64,000 bases of DNA, from the sequence record ON229909.1. One strand, given 5' to 3'. This DNA comes from Escherichia phage vB_EcoM_CE1. Positions 37,647-47,442 of this stretch are shown here, piece after piece. Below the pieces are notes generated by a model. The model was not told the DNA's origin, did not search any database, and saw only the letters and a program-made list of their open reading frames with translations. How positions within the stretch are numbered: the first letter of the stretch is position 1; each line of letters begins with the position of its first letter. Both the position numbers and the translations under genes were made by a program.

Positions 37647-37815
37647 ATAGTTCTGAGTTACAGTATGAAGTGTTACGTGAGCTTGATAATTTAATTGAAC
37701 TCGCTGTCAATAAAGGTTTTGCCATTGGAATCGGTCAAAAAGATACTGGTCATTTAACTATGGAAATATTTAAGCAAAAGCGAATTATTTTAAAACTCCT
37801 GGAAATTAATATATG
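37643..37815 (+). CDS. hypothetical small protein
   Basis: 57 aa ORF (below track threshold) filling gap, ATGA overlaps both sides. Confidence 0.4.
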
Positions 37816-37998
37816 AGTCTGAGTAAAGAACAAAAAGATAAATTGTTTGAGCTTATCCATGAACTTCTAGATGAGCATACAGAAGCAAACACCTTTTATG
37901 ATGAATACGGCCCGCTATCTCCCGAACAGCAGGAAGAATTTGCTGATCGGTTTGATAAGAAAGAAAACGAATTAATAGCTTATGTGAATACGCTTTAA
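37813..37998 (+). CDS. hypothetical protein
   Basis: 61 aa acidic ORF. Confidence 0.45.
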   Translation: MSLSKEQKDKLFELIHELLDEHTEANTFYDEYGPLSPEQQEEFADRFDKKENELIAYVNTL

Positions 37999-38007
37999 GA
38001 AGGTGAT

Positions 38008-38589
38008 ATGGCGAGTTTAATTTTTACTTATGCAGCAATGAATGCTGGAAAATCTGCTTCTCTTTTGACTGCTGCGCATAATTATAAAGAGCGCGGAATG
38101 AGTGTATTAGTTCTTAAGCCTGCTATTGATACTCGCGATTCTGTCTGTGAAGTCGTTTCTCGCATTGGAATTAAGCAGGAAGCAAATATTATTACAGATG
38201 ATATGGATATTTTCGAGTTCTATAAATGGGCTGAAGCACAAAAAGATATTCATTGCGTATTTGTAGATGAAGCTCAGTTTTTAAAAACTGAACAGGTGCA
38301 TCAATTAAGTCGAATTGTTGATACATATAATGTTCCTGTTATGGCTTATGGGCTAAGGACTGATTTCGCTGGAAAATTATTTGAAGGTTCTAAAGAACTT
38401 TTGGCGATTGCAGATAAACTTATTGAACTAAAGGCAGTTTGTCATTGTGGTAAAAAAGCTATTATGACAGCTCGATTAATGGAAGATGGAACACCAGTTA
38501 AAGAAGGTAATCAAATCTGTATTGGTGATGAAATTTATGTTTCTTTGTGTAGAAAACATTGGAATGAATTAACTAAAAAGCTCGGTTAG
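38008..38589 (+). CDS. tk: thymidine kinase
   Basis: 193 aa, P-loop NAGKSAS, matches remembered T4 Tk. Confidence 0.9.
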   Translation: MASLIFTYAAMNAGKSASLLTAAHNYKERGMSVLVLKPAIDTRDSVCEVVSRIGIKQEANIITDDMDIFEFYKWAEAQKDIHCVFVDEAQFLKTEQVHQLSRIVDTYNVPVMAYGLRTDFAGKLFEGSKELLAIADKLIELKAVCHCGKKAIMTARLMEDGTPVKEGNQICIGDEIYVSLCRKHWNELTKKLG

Positions 38590-38632
38590 TGCAAAAGTTA
38601 TAAATAGGTTTATCTAACTAAAGGGGTAATAT

Positions 38633-38845
38633 ATGCTACAATTAACTGAAAAGCAACTTCGCAATCTTACTGTTCTTCAATTAGATGAAATTCGTAGGGA
38701 AGTTGGAAATATCATTTCAGCTTTGCGTCGAGAAGTATCACTCAACCAATCTCCGGCAGACTATACTAGATTGCGAAATTTTGAAAAATACCTTGATAAA
38801 GTTAAGGCCGTGCATCGGCATAAAGTAAATACAGGACAAAAATGA
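38633..38845 (+). CDS. hypothetical protein
   Basis: 70 aa ORF between tk and rI. Confidence 0.5.
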
Positions 38846-38857
38846 TAGGAGGCCTTT

Positions 38858-39151
38858 ATGGCCTTAAAAGCAACGGCACTATTTGCCATGCTAGGATTAG
38901 CGTTTGCTTTATCTCCACCGATTGAAGCGAATGTCGATCCTCATTTTGATAAATTTATGGAATCTGGTATTAGACACGTTTATATGCTTTTTGAAAACAA
39001 AAGCGTAGAATCATCTGAACAGTTCTATAGTTTTATGCGAACGACTTATAAAAATGACCCGTGCTCTTCCGATTTTGAATGTATAGAGCGAGGCGCGGAG
39101 ATGGCACAATCATACGCTAGAATTATGAACATTAAATTGGAGACTGAATGA
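38858..39151 (+). CDS. rI: lysis inhibition regulator (antiholin)
   Basis: 97 aa with signal-anchor, matches remembered T4 RI. Confidence 0.85.
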   Translation: MALKATALFAMLGLAFALSPPIEANVDPHFDKFMESGIRHVYMLFENKSVESSEQFYSFMRTTYKNDPCSSDFECIERGAEMAQSYARIMNIKLETE

Positions 39152-39534
39152 AATTCAGCGACTTTTCACAAAGTGGAAAACCTTCAAAGGCAGATGAATA
39201 CTTAGGTTTATTAATGGCTGCACAAGCTTATTTTCATTCTGCGCATTTTGAAACTAAAAATTATGCTAGACACAAAGCATACGATTTTATTTTCTCCGAG
39301 TTGCCAGATTTGATTGATAAATTTGGTGAGCAATATTTGGGGTATTCTGGTAGAAAATACACGCCGTCAATTCCGGATGCCAGTAAACTTCCTACCGACA
39401 CAATTAAAATGATTGATCGTATACTAGACCAATCTAACAGCATTTATAAAGAAATGCCTCCAGCCATTCAAAGCACGATAGATGATATTACTGGAATGTT
39501 TTACCAGAGTAAGTATCTTCTTTCCCTCGAATAA
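39148..39534 (+). CDS. hypothetical protein
   Basis: 128 aa ORF followed by terminator. Confidence 0.55.
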
Positions 39535-39538
39535 CATT

Positions 39539-39561
39539 AGTCTCCTTCGGGAGACTTTTTT
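39539..39561 (+). terminator. rho-independent terminator agtctcc-UUCG-ggagact plus T5
   Basis: Hairpin and T-run immediately upstream of an early promoter. Confidence 0.65.
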
Positions 39562-39571
39562 CATTTTACCG

Positions 39572-39601
39572 GTTTACTTTCCATTTGAGCTGTGATACTA
39601 T
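39572..39601 (+). promoter_or_regulatory. T4-type early promoter
   Basis: gtttac ... tgatactat. Confidence 0.65.
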
Positions 39602-39629
39602 ACAACCATCGGATAAAGAGGAGAACATC

Positions 39630-39818
39630 ATGAAAATTGAAGCACTCAATCAAGAAGGAAATATCTACGTCATCATTAATGGTGATTTTTTCGTCGACAT
39701 GGATGAAGTTACTAGTGAAGAACTTGTAGAACTTCTTAAGAAACGTTATAATATGTGTGATGAAGTTGCAACTCACATGGCGTGTGCAATATTCTCTCTT
39801 TCATATGTGGTGGAATAA
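39630..39818 (+). CDS. hypothetical protein
   Basis: ORF track 39585..39818; start moved to ATG 39630 downstream of promoter. Confidence 0.5.
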
Positions 39819-40000
39819 TGATTAGTATCGAACAAGCGGATAAAATCAAGGAATTAGTGGCTTCAATTCGTAAAGCAGATGAGGAACGCATTAACTTTGC
39901 CTTATCAGGTATTGAAGAACTTGAAGCTAAAGTTGATAATGCTGTAGAAGCGTTAGATATGTTTCTTGATGAAATTATCGATCATAATACGAGAGTTTAA
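39818..40000 (+). CDS. hypothetical protein
   Basis: ORF track 39782..40000; start at overlapping ATG. Confidence 0.45.
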   Translation: MISIEQADKIKELVASIRKADEERINFALSGIEELEAKVDNAVEALDMFLDEIIDHNTRV

Positions 40001-40002
40001 TT

Positions 40003-40197
40003 ATGCTAACACGCGAACAGTTTGAAAAAATCATTAAATTAGCACGTGATATTGAAATAGATTCATATCAATTGGCAGTTGAGCATTGTGAAGGATATTC
40101 ATACGACGGTATAGAAGCAGCTAAAAAGGATTTGGATAAATCCAAAGCTAAGTTAGTTCAATATCTTGAAATGATTAGGTGGAATAATGAAAACTGA
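40003..40197 (+). CDS. hypothetical protein
   Basis: 64 aa ORF. Confidence 0.45.
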   Translation: MLTREQFEKIIKLARDIEIDSYQLAVEHCEGYSYDGIEAAKKDLDKSKAKLVQYLEMIRWNNEN

Positions 40198-40360
40198 AAA
40201 GCAGATGTTTTTAATGAAACTAATTGAAGAATATGCTAATGCAGTTTCTGACTATGAGTGTTCTGCTCGGGAAAGAGGTACAGCTTTCGCCAAAGAAGAA
40301 ATGAAAATCATGGTTGATGCTCATACAAAGCTTCAGAATTTTATTGAAAACGTCATTTAA
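40187..40360 (+). CDS. hypothetical small protein
   Basis: 57 aa ORF found by hand. Confidence 0.4.
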   Translation: MKTEKQMFLMKLIEEYANAVSDYECSARERGTAFAKEEMKIMVDAHTKLQNFIENVI

Positions 40361-40362
40361 TG

Positions 40363-40392
40363 GTTTACAAGTTGGCAAGGTTATGGTATAGT
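40363..40392 (+). promoter_or_regulatory. T4-type early promoter
   Basis: gtttac ... tggtatagt. Confidence 0.6.
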
Positions 40393-40420
40393 AATCTTGT
40401 CAACTGCCAAGGAGAAGAGA

Positions 40421-40525
40421 ATGAAAATTTTGTTTGTTGTGTATGTGATGATTCAATATAATTATCCTTTGTTTACTTATAATCTGGTGAACAATATTAT
40501 TGATATGATTCAGAGGAGTATGTAA
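40421..40525 (+). CDS. hypothetical 34-aa hydrophobic peptide
   Basis: SD ggagaagag, MKILFVVYVMIQYNYPLF..., directly after promoter. Confidence 0.35.
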   Translation: MKILFVVYVMIQYNYPLFTYNLVNNIIDMIQRSM

Positions 40526-40710
40526 TGACAAGTGAGCAGGCTTTTAAATTAAGAGAATTAATTGAGACGTATAGTAAAGCTGTTCATACATCAACAATTA
40601 TTGATGAATCAGCTTTCTCCGGACATGCTAACAAGATTAAATACAAAACTCTTATGGAAGAAGCTAAAGTAAATCTTGATTCTTATATTGAAACTTTAAT
40701 TGGTGAATAA
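40525..40710 (+). CDS. hypothetical protein
   Basis: 61 aa ORF. Confidence 0.45.
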   Translation: MTSEQAFKLRELIETYSKAVHTSTIIDESAFSGHANKIKYKTLMEEAKVNLDSYIETLIGE

Positions 40711-40711
40711 C

Positions 40712-40978
40712 ATGGGCTTTCCTAAATTAGAAGTAGGTGATTTAGTTTTAACAAAATTATGGAATGGTGTTCAATCAGTAGAAATCTGCCAATATCGTGG
40801 AGCAACAGGTAATTTGATGTACACGATTTATAATCCAGAAATTTTGTTAGAGTGTCATTTGGAACGCTTTATAAAAGACACCGATAGTATGCCTTATAGT
40901 GTATCAATTGTACGTAAATCTGATACAAAGGAATATTCTAAAATTTTAGAACAAATTCGTGCCAATAAAAAGGATTAA
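40712..40978 (+). CDS. hypothetical protein
   Basis: ORF track 40700..40978 (TTG); ATG at 40712. Confidence 0.45.
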   Translation: MGFPKLEVGDLVLTKLWNGVQSVEICQYRGATGNLMYTIYNPEILLECHLERFIKDTDSMPYSVSIVRKSDTKEYSKILEQIRANKKD

Positions 40979-40979
40979 T

Positions 40980-41522
40980 ATGAAACGATTAGTACTAGAA
41001 GTTAGTCCGCTTTTTGGTGAATTGGCTATAGAAAAAGTAAATAATATGTATCGTTTGACGCAAGAAGATGATATGCTATATTTTACGCCCAGTGAAATCA
41101 TTCATTTAACCCAAATTGAAAATCCTTATACTGATAAAATTGTAAGCATTAATGATGAGCATAAAATTCATTTTTGTTCTTTATGCTCGGGATTTAGTAT
41201 TAAAAGTGAGTCAATATGCTTATCAATTAATAATTGGGATAATTTTATAACTTACATTAAATATTTTTATTATTCTAATGAAAGAAAACATAGTTTAAAA
41301 TGGTTTAAAAATTGCAATGCTATTATTACTAACGCTTGTGATCAGTGCGATCAGAATGATGAAACTATTTTAAATGTGTCAAAATGCTATGAAGAGGGAG
41401 ATGTAGTATCTATTCGTCAAATTGACGATTTTCGATCGCATATTGTCACATTTACCAAAGACGAAGCTATTGCGCTAAAGACTTATCTTGATTCTGTCAT
41501 TCCAACTATGATTTCAAAGTGA
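40980..41522 (+). CDS. hypothetical protein
   Basis: ORF track 40959..41522; start at MKRLVLEV; C-terminus resembles next ORF. Confidence 0.5.
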   Translation: MKRLVLEVSPLFGELAIEKVNNMYRLTQEDDMLYFTPSEIIHLTQIENPYTDKIVSINDEHKIHFCSLCSGFSIKSESICLSINNWDNFITYIKYFYYSNERKHSLKWFKNCNAIITNACDQCDQNDETILNVSKCYEEGDVVSIRQIDDFRSHIVTFTKDEAIALKTYLDSVIPTMISK

Positions 41523-41528
41523 GGAAAT

Positions 41529-42050
41529 ATGTTTATTTCAAGTGAAAGCGGTTTAATTCGTGTTGAATTTAAAAATGACATCTTCCTTATTCAAGGAGAT
41601 GATATTATTAAAATGAGTTATGACGAAATCAAGAAAATTTGTAATGCTCTTGAAAATCATGGAAAGGTGAATGCTGTCATTGATATTGGCGATTTATGGG
41701 TGACACTTTATGAAGTATCCGAAGGATTTAACATTGAAGATGAAAACAACATCTTAGCTATTGATAAAAGAAGCGATTTGTTTGATGTGTTAAAAGTTTA
41801 TGAACAGTCAAACGGTGGAAGAAAAGCTGTATTGATTTATCAAAAACCACATTCATGCGGAACTGCTTCAATCATTTCAAATATTGAAGATGAAACTGAT
41901 ACTTATATGTGTGTTTTAAAAGCTGGTGGTGACCGTCATCCGGATTTTATTTCTATTCGTCAAAACAATGGAGAAATTTCATTATCAAAATCAGAAGCTG
42001 AAGCTATGATTAAGTATTTAACAACCGTTACACCTTCAATGAAAGGATAA
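41529..42050 (+). CDS. hypothetical protein (possible tandem paralog of preceding ORF)
   Basis: 173 aa; shared C-terminal pattern EA.A.K.YL..V.P.M. Confidence 0.5.
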   Translation: MFISSESGLIRVEFKNDIFLIQGDDIIKMSYDEIKKICNALENHGKVNAVIDIGDLWVTLYEVSEGFNIEDENNILAIDKRSDLFDVLKVYEQSNGGRKAVLIYQKPHSCGTASIISNIEDETDTYMCVLKAGGDRHPDFISIRQNNGEISLSKSEAEAMIKYLTTVTPSMKG

Positions 42051-42052
42051 TT

Positions 42053-42391
42053 ATGATTATTAATGAAAGCTCTTGGCACTATAAATTATTCAAAATGTTT
42101 AATGATGAATGGCAACGACCTAAGACACTATGCGCATATTTTTGGTCTATTGCCATTCCTACATTTTTCGTTTCTATTTTTGGATGTGCTATACTCGTAG
42201 GGCTAACAATTATTTGTGCAGAAAGCCTACAACGTTGGCTTATTTTCGGTAGTTTATGGATTCTTCTTCCATCGGCATTTATACTTGCGCTTTTTGTTGT
42301 TTTACTTATTATCGGTTCATTTGTTATTCCTGCACATTTGCGTGAAAATATAAAGATTATAAATGGAAAAAGGATTATGCTTTACACGTAG
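42053..42391 (+). CDS. hypothetical membrane protein
   Basis: 112 aa with two TM segments. Confidence 0.5.
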   Translation: MIINESSWHYKLFKMFNDEWQRPKTLCAYFWSIAIPTFFVSIFGCAILVGLTIICAESLQRWLIFGSLWILLPSAFILALFVVLLIIGSFVIPAHLRENIKIINGKRIMLYT

Positions 42392-42509
42392 AAAACATTG
42401 ATAGGGCGTATAAAGGTTTACCTCCTATTCAACCCAAGAAATCGATTATCGTTGAATTTTTAAAAGCTCGTAAAGCTAAAGTGTGTCCTGTTATTGAATA
42501 TAAGGCTGA

Positions 42510-43523
42510 ATGATGAAAACAGTAATGAAAAGTTATTTTGGTAGTCATCTTTATGGAACTTCTACACCAGAATCTGATGTAGATTTTAAAGAAATCTTTG
42601 TTCCTCCTGCTCGTGATATTCTTATTGGAAACGTTAAAGAGCACATGAGTAAAAACACTAACAACACATCATCTAAAAACACTAAAGATGATATTGACCA
42701 TGAACTATACAGTCTTAAGTATTTCTTTAAATTAGCAGCAGATGGTGAAACTGTAGCATTAGATATGCTTCACACTCCACCTGAGCTAGTGGTTAAATCT
42801 GATTTGCCTGATGTGTGGAAGTTTATTCAAGACAACCGTTCTCGTTTTTATACGACTAACATGAAATCCTATTTAGGATATGTCCGTAAGCAAGCTTCTA
42901 AATACGGTGTCAAGGGTTCTCGTTTGGCCGCATTACGTGATGTATTGAAAGTAGTTAATCAAATCCCTGACCAGTGGGTCGACTATCAAGAAGGAATCCC
43001 TGATAGACTTCGTCGCACTAAAGTTGAAGATATTAAGCATCGTCTTCCAGAAAACGAGTTCTGTGAATGGGTGTTCCATAATTATGAGAAAACAGGCCCG
43101 CAAATGTTCTACACTGTGTTGGGTCGTAAATATCAGACAACGCTTTCTCTTATTGAGCTTAAGCAGTCACTGAACAAATTAGATGCTGAATATGGTGAAC
43201 GTGCCCGTAAGGCCAAAGCCAACGAAGGTATTGACTGGAAAGCTCTGAGCCATGCTTGTCGTGGTGGACTTCAACTATTGGAAATTTACAAAACTGGTGA
43301 CTTGGTTTATCCACTTCAAGACGCTCCATTTATTCTTGACGTGAAGTTGGGTAAACATCCATTTAAAACGGTTCAAGAGTTTTTGGAAGATGTGGTCGAT
43401 CAAGTAGAAGCAGCATCTACTGAAGCTTCTAAGAACGGTATGCCTAAAACAGTAGACATGAGTTTCTGGGATGACTTCCTTGAGAAGGTCTATCTTGAAA
43501 ACCACCGAAGTTATTATAAATGA
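42510..43523 (+). CDS. Pol-beta superfamily nucleotidyltransferase
   Basis: 337 aa; motif GS-x10-DVD (GSHLYGTSTPESDVD). Confidence 0.65.
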   Translation: MMKTVMKSYFGSHLYGTSTPESDVDFKEIFVPPARDILIGNVKEHMSKNTNNTSSKNTKDDIDHELYSLKYFFKLAADGETVALDMLHTPPELVVKSDLPDVWKFIQDNRSRFYTTNMKSYLGYVRKQASKYGVKGSRLAALRDVLKVVNQIPDQWVDYQEGIPDRLRRTKVEDIKHRLPENEFCEWVFHNYEKTGPQMFYTVLGRKYQTTLSLIELKQSLNKLDAEYGERARKAKANEGIDWKALSHACRGGLQLLEIYKTGDLVYPLQDAPFILDVKLGKHPFKTVQEFLEDVVDQVEAASTEASKNGMPKTVDMSFWDDFLEKVYLENHRSYYK

Positions 43524-43525
43524 TA

Positions 43526-43549
43526 GGGAGCCTTCGGGCTCCCTTTTTT
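43526..43549 (+). terminator. rho-independent terminator gggagcc-UUCG-ggctccc plus T6
   Basis: Strong hairpin plus T-run right after nucleotidyltransferase stop. Confidence 0.7.
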
Positions 43550-43573
43550 ATTTCAAAAATTTTTCACAAAACG

Positions 43574-43603
43574 GTTTACAAGCATAAAGCTTTATGGTAC
43601 TAT
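43574..43603 (+). promoter_or_regulatory. T4-type early promoter
   Basis: ttcacaaaacggtttaca ... tggtactat. Confidence 0.7.
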
Positions 43604-43640
43604 ACAACTATCAAAACAAACACTTAAACGGAAAAACAAA

Positions 43641-43790
43641 ATGAAAATTACACCAATTGAAGTAAAAAAGTTGATTGACACAGAAGAAATTTCAGAGTGT
43701 TTTGAAAGTTTCTTAGAAGATGCAACTGAAGATAATGCAGTTTATCTCGCTCAGAAAATTATCGAAACTTATTTGGAGAAGAATCAATGA
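43641..43790 (+). CDS. hypothetical 49-aa acidic protein
   Basis: Small ORF found by hand between promoter and next gene. Confidence 0.4.
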   Translation: MKITPIEVKKLIDTEEISECFESFLEDATEDNAVYLAQKIIETYLEKNQ

Positions 43791-44050
43791 CAGTTTACGT
43801 AGATGTTTTAATGAATCATGGATGGAAACTTCGCGGTCATCCAACTAAAAATTGTCATATGTTCACTGATGGAGATATTGAAGAGCTTCACGAAATGGCA
43901 GAAGCAATAGGAATGAAACGTTCTTGGTTTCAAGATAAACGCATTAAACATTATGACTTACACGCTCGGCGACGCCAAAAAGCTGTAGAACTTGGAGCTG
44001 TAGAAGTATCTCGTCGCGAAGCAGTAAAAATTTGGCGAACATTAAAATAA
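43787..44050 (+). CDS. hypothetical protein (DUF4031-like by motif memory)
   Basis: 87 aa ORF. Confidence 0.5.
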   Translation: MTVYVDVLMNHGWKLRGHPTKNCHMFTDGDIEELHEMAEAIGMKRSWFQDKRIKHYDLHARRRQKAVELGAVEVSRREAVKIWRTLK

Positions 44051-44053
44051 ATT

Positions 44054-44083
44054 GTTTACAGCAGGGTAGTAGTGTGATACTAT
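44054..44083 (+). promoter_or_regulatory. T4-type early promoter
   Basis: gtttac ... tgatactat. Confidence 0.7.
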
Positions 44084-44119
44084 TACCCTATCAAAACAAA
44101 TGTAAAATTGGAGAATAAA

Positions 44120-45088
44120 ATGAAAACTGTAACTATCAATAAGGGTATCTACTTTGGTAAAGAAATCTCTGGAACTTTTGAGCTCTTAGGCGAATGGTTC
44201 CCAGATAATGCTCCGGTAGATGCACAAGGAGATGGTAAAGTTTTTGTTGAAATTGACGGTAAACGTCGCGGTGTTTGGGTTTACAAATCAGACATTTCAT
44301 ATGATGGTGTAAAAGTTGAAGAAGTTAAAGAATCGTATGAAGATATGAAAACCCGCATTAATAAAAGATTTAATGTTATGGGAATGATGACGAATGGTAT
44401 TATTAACGGAAACATTCGTTCATTAATTATCTCTGGTGCAGCAGGTATTGGTAAAACGTATTCTTTAGATAAAGCTTTGAATAAAGCAAATGATAATGGA
44501 TACATTGAATATAAAAGCATTAACGGTAAAATCTCCGGTATCGGTCTTTATGAACAACTTTGGAATAATCGTGAAGAGAATTCTGTCCTTTTGATTGATG
44601 ATGTGGATGTTTTCTCTGATATGGACATTCTTAATCTTCTAAAAGCCGCTCTGGACACTGGAGAGACCCGTAAAGTCTGCTGGAGCACTGCATCTTCTTA
44701 CTTAGAAGAAAAAGGCATTGAGCGTGAGTTTGAATTTAAAGGAACGATTGTTTTTATCACAAACGTTGACATTGACCGCGAATTAGACCGTGGTACTAAA
44801 CTTGCTCCACATTTACAAGCATTAGTGTCCCGCTCAGTTTATTTAGATTTGGGTGTTCACACTAATGAAGAAATTATGGTCAGGGTTGAAGATGTTATTC
44901 TTTCAACTGACATGATGCAAAAGCGCGGTCTTTCTGATGAAGAAACTTATAAAGCATTATCATGGATGAAAGTTAATGTTAATCGTTTACGCAATGTTTC
45001 ACTGCGTACTGCTCTTTATCTTGCTGACTTTATTATGACCGACAAAAACGGTTGGCAAGAAATCGCTGAGGTTACTCTTCTGAAATAA
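44120..45088 (+). CDS. AAA+/P-loop ATPase
   Basis: Walker A SGAAGIGKT, Walker B VLLIDDVD; ORF track start 44108 is TTG, ATG at 44120 with SD. Confidence 0.65.
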   Translation: MKTVTINKGIYFGKEISGTFELLGEWFPDNAPVDAQGDGKVFVEIDGKRRGVWVYKSDISYDGVKVEEVKESYEDMKTRINKRFNVMGMMTNGIINGNIRSLIISGAAGIGKTYSLDKALNKANDNGYIEYKSINGKISGIGLYEQLWNNREENSVLLIDDVDVFSDMDILNLLKAALDTGETRKVCWSTASSYLEEKGIEREFEFKGTIVFITNVDIDRELDRGTKLAPHLQALVSRSVYLDLGVHTNEEIMVRVEDVILSTDMMQKRGLSDEETYKALSWMKVNVNRLRNVSLRTALYLADFIMTDKNGWQEIAEVTLLK

Positions 45089-45178
45089 ATTCATAAGAGG
45101 CCTTCTAAGACAAAAAGGCAGTTCAGAAATAGATTATATGGACTGCCATCAAAAAGATGACTAGAATTAAACTGGTGA

Positions 45179-45493
45179 ATGGAGGTAATGATGTTATACT
45201 CAAAGGCTCGTGAAATTTACGAAACTAAAATTAAAGAAGCAGTATTTCAGTTCGCAACGACAATGCGATGGACAAATGACTGGGAGTATTCAAAAAATCA
45301 TAAGAAGCCCATGGTGACAAGAAAGGCTCATATGTTAGTGTTAATAGACCGTGAGCAGATTAAAGCCCGAGAAGCCCTCCAGAATCATAAAAAGGCTGCC
45401 TTTGAATGGTTTATGGATAACACTGCTCCTGAGACTAAGAAAGCAGTGAGCGCATGGTTCAGTGGAAAAAATTGTGAAAGAAGTTTCTTTTAG
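45179..45493 (+). CDS. hypothetical protein
   Basis: 104 aa ORF. Confidence 0.5.
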   Translation: MEVMMLYSKAREIYETKIKEAVFQFATTMRWTNDWEYSKNHKKPMVTRKAHMLVLIDREQIKAREALQNHKKAAFEWFMDNTAPETKKAVSAWFSGKNCERSFF

Positions 45494-45495
45494 TG

Positions 45496-45525
45496 GTTTA
45501 CAAGACTGTTCCTCTGTGGTACTAT
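45496..45525 (+). promoter_or_regulatory. T4-type early promoter
   Basis: gtttac ... tggtactat. Confidence 0.7.
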
Positions 45526-45553
45526 ACAACTATCAACTACGGAGGAACAGAAA

Positions 45554-46081
45554 ATGAACGCTAAAGATATTTTCAACTTGGTAAATTACAACGATGGCAA
45601 ATTTAAATCTGAAGCGCAAAGCAAGTTCTTTAACGACATCTCAATCGGAGGTGAAATCATTGTTGATGGAGGACAAATTTACAAATCCCGTTGGAATTGG
45701 ATCGTTATTATTGATGAGATCGGTATTGTAGAAATTTACAAAAATACGAATAAAAATCGTACATTACACTGGTCTCGTGATACTAACGAACAGTACAAAA
45801 AGGATAAAGCATCTAAATTATCTCGTGTAACTCAAGAAGATATTGAGTTCATCAAGAAAGATATTTTGATGTATGATAACTTAATTGCTGAAGAGCAAGC
45901 TGTTATTGATAAATTTGACGAGATTAAAGCTTCTCGTGAAATTCCTGATTTTATGAAAGAATCAGTAAATGAACGATACACTCTCATTTCAGAGCGTATT
46001 GAAACTTACAAAAAGCAAAGAGCTGAACGCCAAAATACTCTTCGGAAGTTTGAAGAACGGTTAAAGACGGTACTCGCATAA
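45554..46081 (+). CDS. hypothetical protein
   Basis: 175 aa ORF. Confidence 0.55.
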   Translation: MNAKDIFNLVNYNDGKFKSEAQSKFFNDISIGGEIIVDGGQIYKSRWNWIVIIDEIGIVEIYKNTNKNRTLHWSRDTNEQYKKDKASKLSRVTQEDIEFIKKDILMYDNLIAEEQAVIDKFDEIKASREIPDFMKESVNERYTLISERIETYKKQRAERQNTLRKFEERLKTVLA

Positions 46082-46136
46082 CCGCTTTATACCAAGGATG
46101 GTATAATGGTTCTAAGCCCTTTTAATTGAGATTATT

Positions 46137-46544
46137 ATGAAACGGTTGATAATTAAAAGATTGAATTTATTGATATGTTGTTTATGTATAGTAGTTGCAT
46201 ATGGTTATTACGCAATTAATGATTATATGCATTATAAAGATTATGATGTTACTGTAGTTAATACTATTACAGGAACTCAAGGAAAAGGGTCTAGTTTATC
46301 GTTTATTGCCGTATATGAACTCAAAGACGGTTATAGATTTAGTGAATATATTTCCCCAGAGATGTATTCTTCAATAGAAAAAGGTGATAATATTACTGTA
46401 AGTTTACGTCCTTTCGACGTAAAACAGACACTGTTTGATAATATTGTTTGGTTCTTTGGGATGGTATTAGTTCAATCCGTGTGTGGCGCTTATGTAGTTT
46501 GTTCAATCATATTCTGTGTATTTAGTAAAATTGAAATTGAGTGA
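46137..46544 (+). CDS. hypothetical membrane protein
   Basis: 135 aa with N- and C-terminal TM segments. Confidence 0.5.
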   Translation: MKRLIIKRLNLLICCLCIVVAYGYYAINDYMHYKDYDVTVVNTITGTQGKGSSLSFIAVYELKDGYRFSEYISPEMYSSIEKGDNITVSLRPFDVKQTLFDNIVWFFGMVLVQSVCGAYVVCSIIFCVFSKIEIE

Positions 46545-46551
46545 GGAAAAT

Positions 46552-47442
46552 ATGTCAGTAGTAATTAATAATGTCAATGCAGTAATTAAATCTTTAGTTA
46601 ATAAAAAAATGATGAATGAATGGACTGTACTTCGTCGTGGAGAGCCAGATAAATTTTTTCATAGATTTAACCCAACTTTGGATTTGAATGTTATTGATAA
46701 AGATGTTCATGCCGAAATTTTAGATAAGTTTAAAGTTGATATTGGATTTGGATTAGAAAAACATTTACAGCGAACAAATGGATCTGGAATGAGTTTATCT
46801 AATCGCATTATGAAAGCCCTTAATAAAATTGGAGCGTTGTCTCGTATTAATGCGAGCGAAATCCTTCGTAATTATAATAAAGGATATGACCTTTATGGTC
46901 GACTAATGCCGAAATTATCATTTGACCAAATGATTGCGGATTTGTGGGAAAATCAACGACGATTATTAGCATTAGGCGCTCGATTAGCTAAAGGTCTAGA
47001 TAAACAAATGATTTTTAAGACCAATAATACAGAAGACCTTAAATGCTTTAAATTTAGTACTCGTGGAGATGATTATTACATCAGAGCTCACTCTACAGAT
47101 TATGCCAATATGGGTCATCATCTCTGTTTAGCTTTTGAAGTTTTAAAAGAAGCCGGAACATTAGAATATGTGTCTGGTGCTAAATGTCCGATTGGTTCAA
47201 GTTGTATTTTAATTTATCGCCCGGATGAATCCAGTTCAACTAAATTGCCTACAAAACCTGTACCAGTTCGTAGTAACGAAAAACATTCTGAACAAATTGA
47301 TTATTTTAATAAGCAAATTGAAGAGCTGAATATTTCTATTCAACAATATGACGATGAAATTTTCAGACTATCTGGATTGAGTAGTAAAGCTAAATCTGAG
47401 CGTGAAAAGTTAATTAAAATTGTTGATTTACTTAAATCTTAA
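46552..47442 (+). CDS. hypothetical protein with C-terminal coiled coil
   Basis: ORF track 46516..47442; start at MSVVINNV; first of three similar-sized ORFs. Confidence 0.55.
   Translation: MSVVINNVNAVIKSLVNKKMMNEWTVLRRGEPDKFFHRFNPTLDLNVIDKDVHAEILDKFKVDIGFGLEKHLQRTNGSGMSLSNRIMKALNKIGALSRINASEILRNYNKGYDLYGRLMPKLSFDQMIADLWENQRRLLALGARLAKGLDKQMIFKTNNTEDLKCFKFSTRGDDYYIRAHSTDYANMGHHLCLAFEVLKEAGTLEYVSGAKCPIGSSCILIYRPDESSSTKLPTKPVPVRSNEKHSEQIDYFNKQIEELNISIQQYDDEIFRLSGLSSKAKSEREKLIKIVDLLKS

Noticed and set aside
42510-43523. Calling the nucleotidyltransferase a cGAS/DncV-like cyclase
   Set aside because: Only the generic Pol-beta GS…DxD motif is visible; nothing in the sequence discriminates cyclases from other NTases.
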